This document shows positions 1 to 16,160 of a stretch of 64,000 bases of DNA, in pieces. The translations under genes were made by a program, and so were the position numbers. Under the pieces are notes generated by a model. It was not told the origin of the DNA. It was given only the letters and a program-made list of their open reading frames with translations, and did no database searches. The DNA is from Octopus vulgaris (taxonomy: Eukaryota): positions 11,904,001-11,968,000 of the forward strand of contig OX597838.1 of the NCBI GenBank assembly GCA_951406725.2, in the 5' to 3' direction. Within the stretch, counting starts at the first letter, position 1, and each line of letters opens with the position of its first letter.

Positions 1-266
1 GATTTCACAGGATGGCTGCAATCAGAAAAAACAATACTTCCAAAAAGAAACGTTGCAAAGCATTTAGAGTCGAGTAAAAACCTACAGAATTGGTCTCTAG
101 AGCAGTGGAAGAATGTTATTTTCTCGGACGAGTCATCCTTTGCCTTATTTCCTACCACCGGCCGAGTATACGTGTGGAAACAGCCACAAGAAACATTTGA
201 CACAGACTGCTTTTTTTTCAACTGTTAAACATGGAGGAGGATCTGCGATGATCTGGTGGGGGGCTA
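1..266 (+). mobile_element. Tc1-family transposase remnant (frameshifted; runs off the window start)
   Basis: Manual translation gives FHRMAAIRK...NWSLEQWKNVIFSDESSFALFPTTGRVYVWKQPQE, then after a frameshift TVKHGGGSAMIW. These match the Tc1 'W..V.FSDES' and 'TVKHGGGSVMVWG' motifs. Confidence 0.85.
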
Positions 267-475
267 CGAAATACACACCGCCGATAGTTGTTGTTGACAA
301 ACAACGGCAGTAATTTTATTCAGCTGAATACACGTCATTGATTGGTTGAAATTACCGAAATACGACAACTTTAACAAAAAAATAACTTCCAAAATACAGA
401 ATTTTCTCAACAACGCCAGGAGTAAAAGACGTTTTATGTGACACATTATATGAAGTTTGAAAGTGTTTTTCTCTT

Positions 476-887
476 TCTCTTTATTCTTTTACTTGTTTCA
501 GTCATCTGACTGCGGCCATGCTGGAGCACCGCCTTTAGTCGAGCAAATCGACCCCGGGACTTATTCATTGTAAGTCCAGTACTTATTCTATCAGTCTCTT
601 TTGCCGAACCGCTAAGTGACGGGGACGTAAACATACCAGAATCGGTTGTCAAGCAATGCTAGGGGGACAAACACAGACACACAAACATATACACACATAT
701 TTATATATATATATACATATATATGACAGGCTTCTTTCAGTTTCCGTCTACCAAATCCACTCACAAGGCATTGGTCGGCCCGGGGCTATAGCAGAAGACA
801 CTTGCCCAAGATGCCACGCAGTGGGACTGAACCCGGAACCATGTGGCTGGTTAGCAAGCTACTTACCACACAGCCACTGCTGCGCCT
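476..887 (-). mobile_element. tRNA-derived SINE family A, full-length copy
   Basis: The minus strand starts aggcgcagcagtggctgtgtggtaag (A-box) ... gggttcagtccc (B-box), then ttgggcaagtgtctt (CORE-like), an internal (TA)n/(CA)n tract and a 3' gaaacaagtaaaaga tail. More than 10 related copies occur in the window. Confidence 0.9.
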
Positions 888-1594
888 ATGTTTAGTTACA
901 AAAAATTTTTTAAATCTGTCGGTCAAAAAGCAAAGATCCTTTCTTCTATATAAGTCCTAAGTTACTCCAGTAGTTGTAAAAAATGGGAATGTACAACATA
1001 TATGATACAAGGGGACCGGGGAAAAAAAACCCCAGCAAAAAAGAATCGTACATAAAAGTGCAAAATCACGGGGTTGCTCCATTATGACCGTAGTTGCATG
1101 GCTGAAACGAATAAAAGAAACGTGCATGAGTCTAACAGTGCCAGAAAGAGATGGATAGATAGAGTAACAATTTGTCGTAGACTTCGCTGAAAACTAGTAT
1201 GGAACAAAATTGAGTCAATCTGATATTATTGTTCTCATGGATTTGGTTTTTCCCCAGCTTTTGTTTCACTTAGAGTCGTTAATATTTTTTGACGTTTTCT
1301 TATTCGGTTTCATTCGATATATATATACACCATCACATACACAATACACGAGTGTGTTTGTAAATGCGCATATATATGTATAGGCATAGATTCACTTATG
1401 TATTTATATATACAACTTTTTGTTGATTTGGTTTTCTACAAATCCATCTGTCTATACATCAATATATCTGTTTATCAATACGTCAATAATTATCGTGGAT
1501 ATACGTATACACACATACATAATATATATGTATATACATACACACACATATACATGCATATGTGTACTTATATATGTATCCTGTATACACACTC

Positions 1595-1630
<36 letters not shown>

Positions 1631-1666
1631 TTATAAACATACATACATACATAGGTACATACATAC

Positions 1667-1705
<39 letters not shown>

Positions 1706-1854
1706 GTTAATCCAAACAAGAAAACAAAAAGACAACAACGCAAGGATGTGGAACAAATAAAGTATTATTGGACGCTCAGGAAAGAAGGGAAGAAGGAGGG
1801 TTATATATAAATTTATATATATATATGTATGTATATATGTATGTATGCATATAC

Positions 1855-1889
<35 letters not shown>

Positions 1890-1963
1890 CATTGATATCT
1901 ATATGTATGTACCTATGTATGTATGTATGTATGTTTATATGTGTATATATATGTATTTATGTT

Positions 1964-2024
<61 letters not shown>

Positions 2025-2426
2025 TATTTATATATATATGTTTGTGTATGTGCATCCAGCGCACACACACACATACACACACACTCACACACACACACAA
2101 ACATGCATACACACATTCTCACACACGCATACATACCACAAGGAATTCCATGTTATTCTCTCTCTCTCTCTCCGTCACATGATATGGCTTTTCCAAGAGC
2201 GGGGCTTAACATCTATCAAATTGTAAGGTTTCGATTGGTTATTTAGGGGACTGTAGGGGAAGGCGACACCTACACCGTCACCAGCTCTGCCATTACCACC
2301 AGCACCAGAAGAACCACCACCAGCACCAGCACCACCACCAACAACAACAACCATCACCACCACCACCGCCGCCGCCACCGCCACAGCCGCTATCTTCAGG
2401 AACAAAAGCAAGAACAACACACTACC

Positions 2427-2659
2427 TATTTCTTTATTACCCACAAAGGGTTAAACATAGAGGGGACAAATAAGGACAGACATAGGTATTAAGTCGATTA
2501 TATTGACCCCCAGTGCGTAACTGGTACTTAATTTATTGACCCCGAAAGGATGAAAGGCAAAGTCGACCTCGGCGGAATTTGAACTCACAACGTAACGACA
2601 GACGAAATACCGCTAAGCATTTCGCCCGACGTGCTAACGTTTCTGCCAGCTCGCCGCCT
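2427..2659 (-). mobile_element. tRNA-derived SINE family B, full-length copy
   Basis: Head ggcggcgagctggcagaaacgttagc...gagttcaaattcc, central gcctttcatcctttcggggtc, tail aataaagaaata. Flanked by a near-perfect direct repeat aca(a/g)cacactacc (TSD). Confidence 0.9.
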
Positions 2660-2954
2660 CGACAGCACACTACCATCCATGCACCACCGCCACCACCACC
2701 GCCACCACCACCACCACAAACACCACCACCACCATATCGTTGTTGAATGCTCGAAATGAGGAGTAGATAGACAGCCAAGAAATGATGAAGGGTCGTTCTT
2801 TATGTTACTCGTCCTGTTTTCCATTTGTTTCTCTCATTGTTTGTGTATTGAACTCATTTGTTTTCGCATTTCATGTTGTTTACTGTAGGTGACGTAAATA
2901 CATATATACATACGCACACACGTGCATACACACACATACATACATAATGCATAC

Positions 2955-3015
<61 letters not shown>

Positions 3016-3092
3016 TATTTATATATAAAGCGTGTGTGAATGCGTACAATATGCTCGTTTGTGTGTGTATATATGTATCTATCTATTATATA

Positions 3093-3144
<52 letters not shown>

Positions 3145-3203
3145 CGTGTATGAAAGCGTATAATGTGCACGTTTGTGTGATAAATATAAATATATATGTA
3201 CAT

Positions 3204-3260
<57 letters not shown>

Positions 3261-3387
3261 TATTTATATCATTATTTTTATCTCCCTTCTCTAAGAAGAT
3301 CCGCAGACAATATATACAAGGCTTCTTTTAATCATGTACATATATAATATATGTATGATATCTGTATGTATATATATATGTGTGAGC

Positions 3388-3436
<49 letters not shown>

Positions 3437-3906
3437 TATGTATATACACATATACATACAAACACGGACACACAAACACACACACATGCACACACATATA
3501 TGAATCTTATTATATATATATGCATTAACATTTATATATTGTCAGATAATATATGTATATATGTTCACGCATATATATACATATATATATATGCTATTTA
3601 TGTACTTATTTGTACGTGGTTATGCCTCTCATCCAGTAAGATGTCTCCAGACATATAAAGCCTCACTCAGCCGTCGTCTTTCTGAGCATTAAAATTGTAC
3701 CAGTTACCGTTTTTGGTTTACCTTTTTTGGTATGATTTCTTTTCTGTCTATAAGAAGATTTCTACAATGCTGTGTCATCTGAAGATGTCATGAAACATAT
3801 ATGCCTATATATCTACACTCATACATACGCGAGCACACACGCACACACACATACACACGCGTGCACTCTTACAAATAGTGGCTGAAGTAGTATATCTACA
3901 TTTATA

Positions 3907-3966
<60 letters not shown>

Positions 3967-4007
3967 ATTTCTAGCGACTGTAGCAGTATACATACATACA
4001 GACATGC

Positions 4008-4044
<37 letters not shown>

Positions 4045-4161
4045 ATATAGATAGCCTTGTGCAATGTTTTATTAAAAAGAAAAAAATATAATTGTCACTA
4101 TATATATATATACTTTTTATATACATACATACATATATATATACTTTTTATATACATGTAT

Positions 4162-4227
<66 letters not shown>

Positions 4228-4483
4228 CAAAATAGAAAATGAAAACATGCTCACACACACAAAATCACTTAATGTTATATATACATGATAGGTATATACG
4301 CACAAATTCACGCCTACATATGTAATTTTAAACTTACCGTCTTTCTTTCGGCTGATAAAATAACGAACATTGACCGAATATACAATTTAATACAAGTGCA
4401 AAGACTAACATATCAAGTAATTAGAATAATTCAGCTCTGTTGTGTGCGTTACGTATTCAACTGCGCCGTCTTCAAACTGCTTA

Positions 4484-4869
4484 CTCTTTTATTCTTTTAC
4501 TTTTTTCAGTCATTTGACTGCGGCCATGCTGGAGCACCGCCTTTAATCGAGCAACTCGACCCCGGGACTTATTCTTTTGTAAGCCCAGTACTTATTCAAT
4601 CGGTCTCTTTTGCCATAAACACACCAGCATCGGTTATCAAGCAATACTAGGGGGACAAACACAGACACACAAACACACACACGCATATATATATATATAT
4701 ACATATATACGACGGGCTTCTTTCAGTTTCCGTCTACCAAATCCACTCACAAAGCTTTGGTCGGCCCGAGGCTATAGTAGAAGACACTTGCCCAAGGTGC
4801 CACGCAGTGGGACTGAACCCAGAACCATGTGGTTGGTAAATAAGCTACTTACCACACAGCCACTCCTGC
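4484..4869 (-). mobile_element. SINE family A copy with a small internal deletion
   Basis: Near-identical to 476-887. Confidence 0.88.
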
Positions 4870-5483
4870 TTGTGTATACCCCGCTAATTGTAAGGTTTGG
4901 AAGTCACTATGTATATGTACGTATACACACACATACACACACAAGAAAATTTATAGAAAATTCGACGAAAAAAGTACTCCACCCGGTGAAAGATAAATAT
5001 TATTTATTTAAATGGCACAATATATGTCTAAATTGCTACTATGTCTAAATAGCTTCATATGTTGAGGAATACTCAAACATATTTTTCCAGCATAAACCAC
5101 ATATCATAACGAAGTAAAAAATTGAATTAGAGAAGAACCGCGAAAAAATTGAGAAGGCAGCATTCAGAAAACGCGGTAGGATAAAAAAACGGAAAAAGAA
5201 AACATAAAAACTAAAATGTAAAAAAGTAAAAAGTGAAAATGGTAAAAGAGTTATTCTCCTTAGACGTTCAGTTATAAAGCTGGAAAGATTTCAACAAGGT
5301 AGTCAGGAATAGGCAGAAATTTCCAATCTTCTAAATATATTTATACACATGCTTGCAACCACTGAAAATTTCAGATCTAGATTTCAGTAGAGAGTTAGGG
5401 ATCTTTGATCTGAACCCATAAATATTTTGAACTGAACTTTCTTGGAGCGTTCGAAAACACGATGTGTTCCGCAGCAAATATAA

Positions 5484-5529
<46 letters not shown>

Positions 5530-5552
5530 ATTATTATTATTATTATCAATAT

Positions 5553-5587
<35 letters not shown>

Positions 5588-5589
5588 TG

Positions 5590-5660
<71 letters not shown>

Positions 5661-5663
<3 letters not shown>

Positions 5664-6095
5664 TATCTTTATTGGCCCTAAGGGCCGTGGACAAAACAAA
5701 TAAGGACAATACAACACAAAGGACAACTGGGGTTTGGCTCAATGACGTGTATAAAATAATCAACAATAACGGTTCACAATAAAATTAAACCCTAAAATAT
5801 TCCCCCAAAATGGGTGAGTTACTCTCAGGGACAACCAGAGAATCCCAAACATTAGGGTCGCCCCGACCGCCAAGGGCACATCAAGCAGGCACCTCTACTC
5901 GATCGTTTGACAGAACCCAAGTCTCCATCAACTGACACTGCTTTTAGAAAAGAGAGAACGCAACTCTGGTGGAAGACTGGATTGTCATATATGGAACGCC
6001 TTTGTTCATTGATTTGCAGCCTGAATAAAAACATAATTACAAGTGTGATGAGCCAACGAAGAAACCTCTCGTTCGACCTGTTACAAGTTGAAACT
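5661..6095 (-). mobile_element. 3' end of a LINE-like element (L1/Tx1-like), 5'-truncated
   Basis: Minus-strand residual ORF (RLQINEQRRS...VFHQSCVLSFLKAVSVDG), then a 3' UTR, AATAAA and an (ATT)n tail. The clade assignment is tentative. Confidence 0.45.
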
Positions 6096-6551
6096 TAGAA
6101 AAAAAGAAACGTAAAATGGCACAGACAATGTAATCTTAGAAAATAGACAAAATGGCCATGACTGGAACGGCTTCAAGCCAAAGCAACAACGACGGCAACA
6201 AAGTCGACAACAATAAAGCTTTATATAGTTAACAGACGTGTGTGTATGTGTGTGTGTGTACGTGTGTGCATGCGAGTGTGTATATGCATGATTGTGTGGT
6301 TGTGTGTGATTGAGTGTGTGATTGATTGAGTGTGTGATTGATTGAGTGTGTGTGGTTGTGTGTGTGAGTGCGAGTTTATGTGTGTATGTGTGATTGTGCT
6401 TGTGTGTGTGGGTGTGTGAGTGTGTAATTAAGAGACAGAATAACAAATTATAGTCATTATCATCATCACTATCATTGCCATCACTATGAATATACCATCA
6501 TCACAATTAACCTTCATCATCATCATCATCATCAACATCACTATGATTATC

Positions 6552-6603
<52 letters not shown>

Positions 6604-6792
6604 CAATAATCACCATCACTATCATCAACATCGTCATCATCACCACCACTACTATTGCTTGATCATCGTCATCATCGTTGTCGTCATCACCACCACCACC
6701 ACGACCACCACCACGACCACCACCACGACCACCACGACCACCATCATCACCACCACCACACCACCACCACCACGACCACCACCACGACCATC

Positions 6793-6826
<34 letters not shown>

Positions 6827-7120
6827 TCACCATCATCATCACCATCATCTTCGTCGGTAACACAACAGTTGACACGCCGTTGTTATATTTTTAATGTCTT
6901 TGTTGCAAGTTATTGTTGTTTTTCGTTTTTTTTCTGATTGATTTCGTTGTTGTTGTTGTTGTTGTTGTTGTTGTTATCGATGCTGTGGCTGCAACTCACA
7001 AGGCAAAAGGTTAAAGATGGAAGACAAAAGGACCAAAAGAAACAAAGAGCACTGAGCAGGTGATGGGTGGGGGGAAGATATATCAAAAGAAACATTTCAG
7101 TTACTGCCACGGCTGGTATA

Positions 7121-7195
<75 letters not shown>

Positions 7196-7613
7196 GACAG
7201 ACACACACATATACACACACACACTCGTATACACACACACACACATGTCCTATGACTGATAACAAGTTCTTATACCCCACAGCGTCTGAGCAGTAACCTT
7301 TTCATCGCGGGGTATAGAATTACCAAGTGATTCGTATCGGTTTGTATGACGTCCGTCACAGCGACCAGGCACTTGATTTTGGCCTATTTTTACTTCTAAA
7401 TCAATTTCTTTATTTCGGCCACAAAATTACAGCTAACAAATTCACCGTATAAACATACAAAACAGAACACGAAAAAAAAAAAACCTAAACAAAGAATTCA
7501 TACGGTCGAGGGTCCGTGATGAAGGTCATGAAATGACAGCGAAGCGTTAAGGACTCGATGCAGTTTGTTACATATAGCTTAAGCAACCACAAAATAGGAG
7601 TATAAAAAGTAAC

Positions 7614-7724
<111 letters not shown>

Positions 7725-7726
7725 TA

Positions 7727-9073
<1,347 letters not shown>

Positions 9074-9211
9074 AATACGTAATGTCTTAACGCAACAGTT
9101 GTTTCAGGAGGCCAAGACTCACACAATAATCATAATTTTCAGGTAATATATGCAAAAACTCATTGCTATGCAACCGGTGGTTAGTCGCATGAAGACATTA
9201 CACGAACATAT

Positions 9212-9258
<47 letters not shown>

Positions 9259-9793
9259 TACACACACATATATATATGTATATATTTAGCGTTGTTCAAA
9301 GGTGCGAATATTTAACTGATAACTACGGATGATGGAGACATCGACCGAAGCTCACACACACACATACACCACCACCCAAAACTAACAGGCATAATAGAGC
9401 ACATACACACACTCATGCAGGCACATGCATACAAACACATACACACATATACACTCTGACAGGCACATATGTCATACACGTAAGCGTTTACATATATTTC
9501 CCAATATATTCTCGTTAAGCGTCCCGTTTCATTTCATAATTATTTTCCTACAACTCCCCAGATTCTTAAAGGGTCCGTCAACTGAAGAGACTTTAAAGTC
9601 AGCTGACTAAAGCTTTAATAAAACGTTTAAGAAAAACTGGGTGTCTGCGGACCCTACTCTAGGGCCCGCTAGCATGTAAGCACATACATAAATACTTACA
9701 GACATACACGCATGCATACCAATGCACTGACACGCGTACACATTTACGCACACAGCTAGACAAGCACACACGCACTGACACGCACTCACTCAT

Positions 9794-9830
<37 letters not shown>

Positions 9831-9926
9831 AATTGACTCACAGACCGATATACACAAATAACCACAAACACACATGATTTCATAATGACGCACACACATA
9901 AATATACGCACATATACACAAATACA

Positions 9927-10155
9927 TATTTCTTTATTACCCACAAGGGGCTAAACATAGAGGGGAGAAACAAGGACAGACAAACAGATTAAGTCGATTA
10001 CATCGACCCCAGTGCGTAACTGGTACTTAATTTATCGACCCCGAAAGGACGAAAGGCAAAGTCGACCTCGGCGGAATTTGAACTCAGAACGTAACGGCAG
10101 ACGAAATACGGCTACGCATTTCGCCCGGCGTGCTAACGTTTCTGCCAGCTCGCCA
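9927..10155 (-). mobile_element. SINE family B copy
   Basis: Near-identical to 2427-2659. Confidence 0.9.
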
Positions 10156-10779
10156 TATACACAAATACAGACACATACATATACACATAAAAACACACGC
10201 TTACATATGCACATATATACGCAATAAGCACACACATACACACACATAGATACACGTACACACATAAACACGTACATACACACACAGGCATACACTTACA
10301 CACGAAAATACATACACACACACATAGGCAACCCAAGTATACTTTTGGGTTGGTCACTTTGAAACTGGACGCTGGTTATGACGATGGTGGCGCTAGTAGC
10401 GGTCACGATAATGGTGATGCTAGTGGTTGAGGTCCTTGTAGCTGTGGCGCTGTCGGTAGTAGTGATGGTAATGGCGGCCATGATGGCGATCGTGGATGTG
10501 AATCATGGCGATGCATATAATGCTTGTGAAGGTTGTAGTAGCGGCCATAGTGGTAGTGGTAGTGGTAGCAACGATGGTAATGGTATCGGTGGAAGACCGG
10601 TGCAAGGGACACGGCAGTTTGTTTTAATGAGATTGAGCGGATGCTGAAATATAATTAAGCTAACTATATTTGCCTAAATAGCTGTTACGCAAATAGACAA
10701 AAGACAGAAATATTGGCATCCGTCACAAACACCGATCTATGGACGTATATGTATATTATGTATACCTAAACGAATGTAT

Positions 10780-10841
<62 letters not shown>

Positions 10842-10972
10842 CATATAAATACATGCATACAGGCACACACATATATATATGTATGTATGTATGTGTACAT
10901 ATATATATATACATATATATATTTGTATGTGATATGTATCGGATATGATATACATATATATGTATATATATA

Positions 10973-11082
<110 letters not shown>

Positions 11083-11279
11083 GTGTGTATTTATGTGTTT
11101 GTGTGTGCATATATGTACGCATATATACACACATATATATTACAATATATGTGTGTATATATGTACAGACATATTCACACGTATTTATATAAAGTCCAAA
11201 ATTTTAAAGGGCCAGCATTTACGGTTGAGCAAGTTAATAGACGTAAAGTGATGAATAATTGATGAATTAAATGGCATTT

Positions 11280-11536
<257 letters not shown>

Positions 11537-11596
11537 GATCGATCGATCTGTCAGTCGATGTATATATATATATATATATTCCCGCATCTCTGTCTG

Positions 11597-11657
<61 letters not shown>

Positions 11658-12087
11658 ACATATATCACTCTTTATTTCATCATTTTCCCTCCGTTCTAAC
11701 GTCTTTATCTTTATCATAATATGCACCCTTTAAATTTTACAAGCTATAAATTGCAATTTCGTCCAAGTGACATTGCATTATTTTTGAATGTTTGCCTGAA
11801 GATTTATGGGTAGAAGATCCTATGCATGTTATAAATTTATTATATTTAAAATATAATTAATATTTATATTTAAATTCGTAATGTATATTCTATTCTGTAA
11901 CGAAACAAGTGTAACATGGAACTAAAAATACACTCTACTCTCCAGTCTTTGTTTTGATATCTATCTGTCCATCTGTCTGTCTGTCTGTCTGTTTATATAC
12001 ATACATGTGTGTGTATATATATGTAAATGTATGTATATATACACATATGTATATGTATATATATACGTACATACATACATACATACA

Positions 12088-12152
<65 letters not shown>

Positions 12153-12216
12153 AAAGAAAAAGGCAAAATAGAAAATGCTAAAATAATTTTATAAAAGACA
12201 TTTTATCGGTATCATG

Positions 12217-12609
12217 GAGTTCTTCTGCTGCACGATAACGCCTGCCCTCATATCGCTAATATGACCAAAAAAGCCATTCAAACACATGGCTGGGAAGTGC
12301 TGCCACACCCGCCGTGCTCTCCTGATTTGGCACCAACGGATTTCCACCTCTTTCGATCACTTTCAAATGCTATATACGATGTTTCGTTCAATACTGATGC
12401 AGAATTGAGAGCTTGGTTGGATCAATTTTTCGAGTCGAAATCGGGCGATTTCTACCAAGGAGGTATTGAAAATCTTGTTGAACTTTGGGAAGAAGTTGTA
12501 AACAACAATGGTGAATACATTATTGATTAATTAGCTGTTATTTTTTTTTATTAAACCTTTTAAAAAATTTAATTTAAAAAAACGGCGGGAACTTATTTGT
12601 CAACCCCAA
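12217..12609 (+). mobile_element. mariner (DD34D) transposase 3' fragment with right terminal inverted repeat
   Basis: LLLHDNACPH...GWEVLPHPPCSPDLAPTDFHLF...LVELWEEVVNNNGEYIID* contains the HDNA and (Y)SPDLAPxD motifs. It is followed by the TIR-like aaaacggcgggaacttatttgtcaaccccaa. Confidence 0.92.
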
Positions 12610-12859
12610 ATTTTTCTACACAGTGCGCGTCTGTTCATTTGAATGCACCAGCGACATTCAAAAACGAATAACAGTAAGTTGGAAATTTAGAAATTTAAAT
12701 AAGATATCATTATTATTAAAATATTATGAAGAATAAAGTGGCCAGAAAGCTTAACCAAAATAGGTAAAATATACATAAAAATAAGGGTACTAAATGTACC
12801 ATGTATGCCTGAAAGAAGAGTCAACTCTCCAAAGCCACACGTTTCTCACCATAAATAAA

Positions 12860-13700
12860 CACGCAGGCAACAAGTTCAAGTTGACATCTGGAGAGATGAT
12901 AACTTTGAAGTAAGTTTTAAGGTTTATTGGGAATTCTGAATATTTAAAGAATACGAAAAAAACTCCTTAGGGAATCGATTAATGCGTTGTTAGGTTTTTA
13001 TAGCAATAATATTTAATCTAAAAAAAATTTAAACTTTTATTACAAGTAATACCGTATTTTTTGCTCGTTAAAGACCCCCAAAATTCGCATTTATATACTT
13101 TTATGCACCCATTCTAGAAATCTCGATACATTATTATTATATTAACTATATGAGAATATTTTATATATTTTATTGGAGTTATAGCTGTTCTTTGAATCGT
13201 AATAATTTAAATCACAACCATTTATTATTTTTATACATAGTCACCTTAACATCCTTAAATTGCTCGCTCTAATAAATTTTTGCATTTCTAATTTCTCGGT
13301 TAAGACGTATAACTTAAACTTCATTTGAGCTCCGATAATTTCATATTTATTTGCATGATTTTTTTTCCCTTTTAGAAAATCTCTCTTTTTTTTAAAGATT
13401 TTCAGTTCATTTTTGTCTTCTCATTTTTAATTTAATTATCGTTTGGTCTAAAGGAATAAATTTTATATTTTTTCTCCAAATCATATCTATGCACGCTTAA
13501 AAGTTGTAAAGTTTTAATACATCACATTGTAAGTAATAAAATTGAACTAATATTGATTCTCATACCGGTATTAATTCTTAATAAGCTTATCTGTTTTATC
13601 GATAATTCACTTTTATTCAAATTAAATATTTGTATGATATAGAATATCGAATATTTCTAAAACATAATTGTCTTTTCTCCTCATTTATATTCTTCAAAAA
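12860..13700 (-). mobile_element. Possible highly decayed Penelope-like RT remnant
   Basis: The minus-strand peptide FFKYSEFPINLKTYFKVIISPDVNLNL near 12870-12955 resembles the FITIWTNITTADFLDVGLDL segment of the element at 48172-48402. The rest is heavily mutated. Confidence 0.3.
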
Positions 13701-13904
13701 TGTTTTGTCTGAACATCTCGTATTCTTACGCATTACATTAAGAATGTGAACTGGTAGAATCGCTAGAACCTTGTTAAAAAATGCTTTGTAACATTTGTTT
13801 GTACTCTTTATATTCTGAGTTCAAATGCTCCAAGATTGAATTTGCCTTCCATTCTTCAGGGCCGATGAAATAAAGTACCATTCAAATAGTTGAGCCCTAA
13901 TACC

Positions 13905-14137
13905 TATTTCTTTATTGCCCACAAGGGGCTACACATAGAGGGGACAAACAAGGACAGACATAGGTATTAAGTCGATTATATCGACCCCAGTGCGTAACTG
14001 GTACTTAATTTTTCGACCCCGAAAGGATGAAAGGCAAAGTCAACCTCGGCGGAATTTGAACTCACAACGTAACGACAGACGAAATACCGCTAAGCATTTT
14101 GCCCGGCGTGCTAACGTTTCTGCCAGCTCGCCGCCTT
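13905..14137 (-). mobile_element. Young SINE family B copy with a 15-bp TSD, next to older + strand B-type copies (~13750-13890, ~14170-14340)
   Basis: TSD ttgagccctaatacc at 13890-13904 and 14138-14152. Confidence 0.92.
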
Positions 14138-14334
14138 TTGAGCCCTAATACCGTCCCCTCAAAAAGCTTACCGACATTTCGTCCGTCATTACGTTCTGAA
14201 TTCAAATTCCGCCGAGTTCAGCTTTGCATTTTATCCTTTCGAGGTCAATAAAATAAGTCACAGTTGAGTACTGGGGTCGATGTAATCGATTACCTCCGTC
14301 CCCCAAATTTCAGCCTTGTGCCTATAGTAGAAAG

Positions 14335-14671
14335 GATTATTATCATTGTATTAAAACTCACAGCTTATATTGCTTGGTATGATGGAACGTGTCAGTTGTT
14401 CACAGCCAACAGACTAAGATGACATTTGTTTACTGGTCATGCTTCAAGATCCCTGCGAAGGATTCTTGCAGTTCCAAGCAATGCTGATTTTTGCAGGTGA
14501 GGTGTTCTACCTTTACATTTGTCCACTGGAATGCTCCTACAGTAAAACTCCATGACCATCCTGTTTACTTGTTTACTCCTCTTATGTCTCGTAGTATGGC
14601 TAGCAGTAGCTGGATTATGACTGGGCCCACCCTGCTGCACAGTGGGATACCTGCCGGGTGCGGCAGCTTGA
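14335..14671 (-). mobile_element. Internally deleted R4/Dong-type element (N-terminus fused to C-terminus, plus 3' UTR)
   Basis: The minus ORF contains RHKRSKQVNRMVMEFYCRSIP (Dong-like N-terminal motif) joined to HLQKSALLGTARILRRDLEA* (Dong C-terminus). The 3' UTR ends in gataataat. Confidence 0.7.
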
Positions 14672-14905
14672 AGGCGGCGAGCTGGCAGAAACGTTAGCAC
14701 GCCGGGCGAAATGCGCAGCCGTATTTCGTCTGCCGCTACATTCTGAGTTCAAATTCCGCCGAAGTCGACTTTGCCTTTCATCCTTTCGGGGTCGATTAAA
14801 TAAGTACCGGTAAATCACTTGGGTCGATGTAATCGACTTAATCCCCTTGTCTGTCCTTGTTTGTCCCCTCTATGTTTAGCCCCCTGTGGGCAATAAAGAA
14901 ATAAA
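14672..14905 (+). mobile_element. SINE family B copy
   Basis: ggcggcgagctggcagaaacg...aataaagaaata. Confidence 0.9.
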
Positions 14906-14909
14906 TATA

Positions 14910-15265
14910 GGTTCCAGTCACGGTCACACCGTCATCGTTGCTTGCGTAATGTGTTTTCTATTATACCACTGGCCGACCAATGCTTTCTGAGTAAATTTGG
15001 TTGACGGAAATTGGCTGGAAACTAGTAATATATATGTGTGTGCACCTTCGTAGCTGTGCTTGTTTTCCCACACCGCTTGAAAACCGGTGTTTCTTTGTTT
15101 ACGTCCACGTAAGATGGCAGTTCAGCCAAAGCGATCGACAGAATACGTGCCAGACATTAAAAAACAAACACTGGGATGAATTCGCTCGATTAAACCCTTC
15201 AAGGCTGTGCCCCAGTATGGCCACCGCCCAACAGTTGAAACAAGTAAACGATTAAAGATAAAAGA
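14910..15265 (+). mobile_element. Old, diverged SINE family A-type copy
   Basis: Recognisable ggccgaccaatgc...ttggttgacggaaa and gaaacaagtaaacgat segments. Confidence 0.7.
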
Positions 15266-15689
15266 AAAACGTGCATGCAAAAGATCTGGAACGAAAAGAA
15301 AGTTTTCAACGAAAATGCAACATGGCCGAATAAAGGAACAGCAATACGTACATTAACGACTGGAAGACATTTGTTCATGTGGCAGAGAAACTGTATAATG
15401 GAAAGTCAACAGGAAGAGACATCATAATTGGAAGCTGGTACAAGATGCTGACGTTCAGCAAAACATCATTCAGATCTATCTTTTGAAGCACGAATATAGC
15501 AAACTGCTTGCCGCAACACGAACAGGACAAAATGTGGACAAGAATAACAACACAAATACAAACATAATGCGCTGACTTGGCAGCAGATGAGAAAGTATTT
15601 TGCTCGTCTAAACGTTATTTATAAACTTTTACACAACTTGTTTAAATCCTTTTCTTACAGATCATTGAAGGTCCAACACGATAATGAAC

Positions 15690-16160
15690 GATGGGGAGAC
15701 GGGTGAAAAAAAAGTATGAGGAATAAATTTTAATTAATAAAACCGTTAAAGGCAACCTCAAAGGGCACAGTTTCACTTCTCCACATATCTACACCTCCCA
15801 CATGAAACCACACGCACCTCAGACCACCACACATACTCATGTCTCCCCATAATCCTCTTTATATACAGATACCCTCCTGTACACGTACACTTCACCTCAT
15901 CCCCTTTTCCTAACTCCTCTCCATGGAACTGCATTCCCTAAAACTTTCTTTCTTTCTTTCTTTCCTTCTTCTTTTTCTATCACTTTTCCTCCTGTTTTTT
16001 TCTCAGTCTTTCTTTTCTTCTGATGAAGGCTTATCGTACAAAACGTCGAAACTCTTTTTCTCTCTTTTAAGCGTAAAACTAATACAACTTTTGGTAAAAA
16101 CTTTCATCTCTTGCGTTGCCTTCTGTTTTTGCTCCTTGCCCTATACAAATAACATACACA
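15690..16160 (+). mobile_element. Penelope-like 3' terminal region with a degenerate hammerhead motif
   Basis: ctgatgaaggc...aaacgtc at 16020-16047, followed by agcgtaaaactaataca, which matches the tail of the element at 26042-26240. Confidence 0.45.

Noticed and set aside
656-895. Recurring ORFs such as [16 protein letters not shown] and RPRKDERQSRPRRNLNS
   Set aside because: They are antisense translations of SINE families A and B, not a gene family.
3779-3803. ctgaagatgtcatgaaacat hammerhead-like string (also gaaacgcgtc on the minus strand near 23276)
   Set aside because: Stem II or the core is incomplete; at most these are decayed remnants.
7275-7319. ttatacccc...ggggtata short inverted repeat resembling Helentron/DINE-type ends
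   Set aside because: It is a single short motif, and no other element boundary was identifiable.
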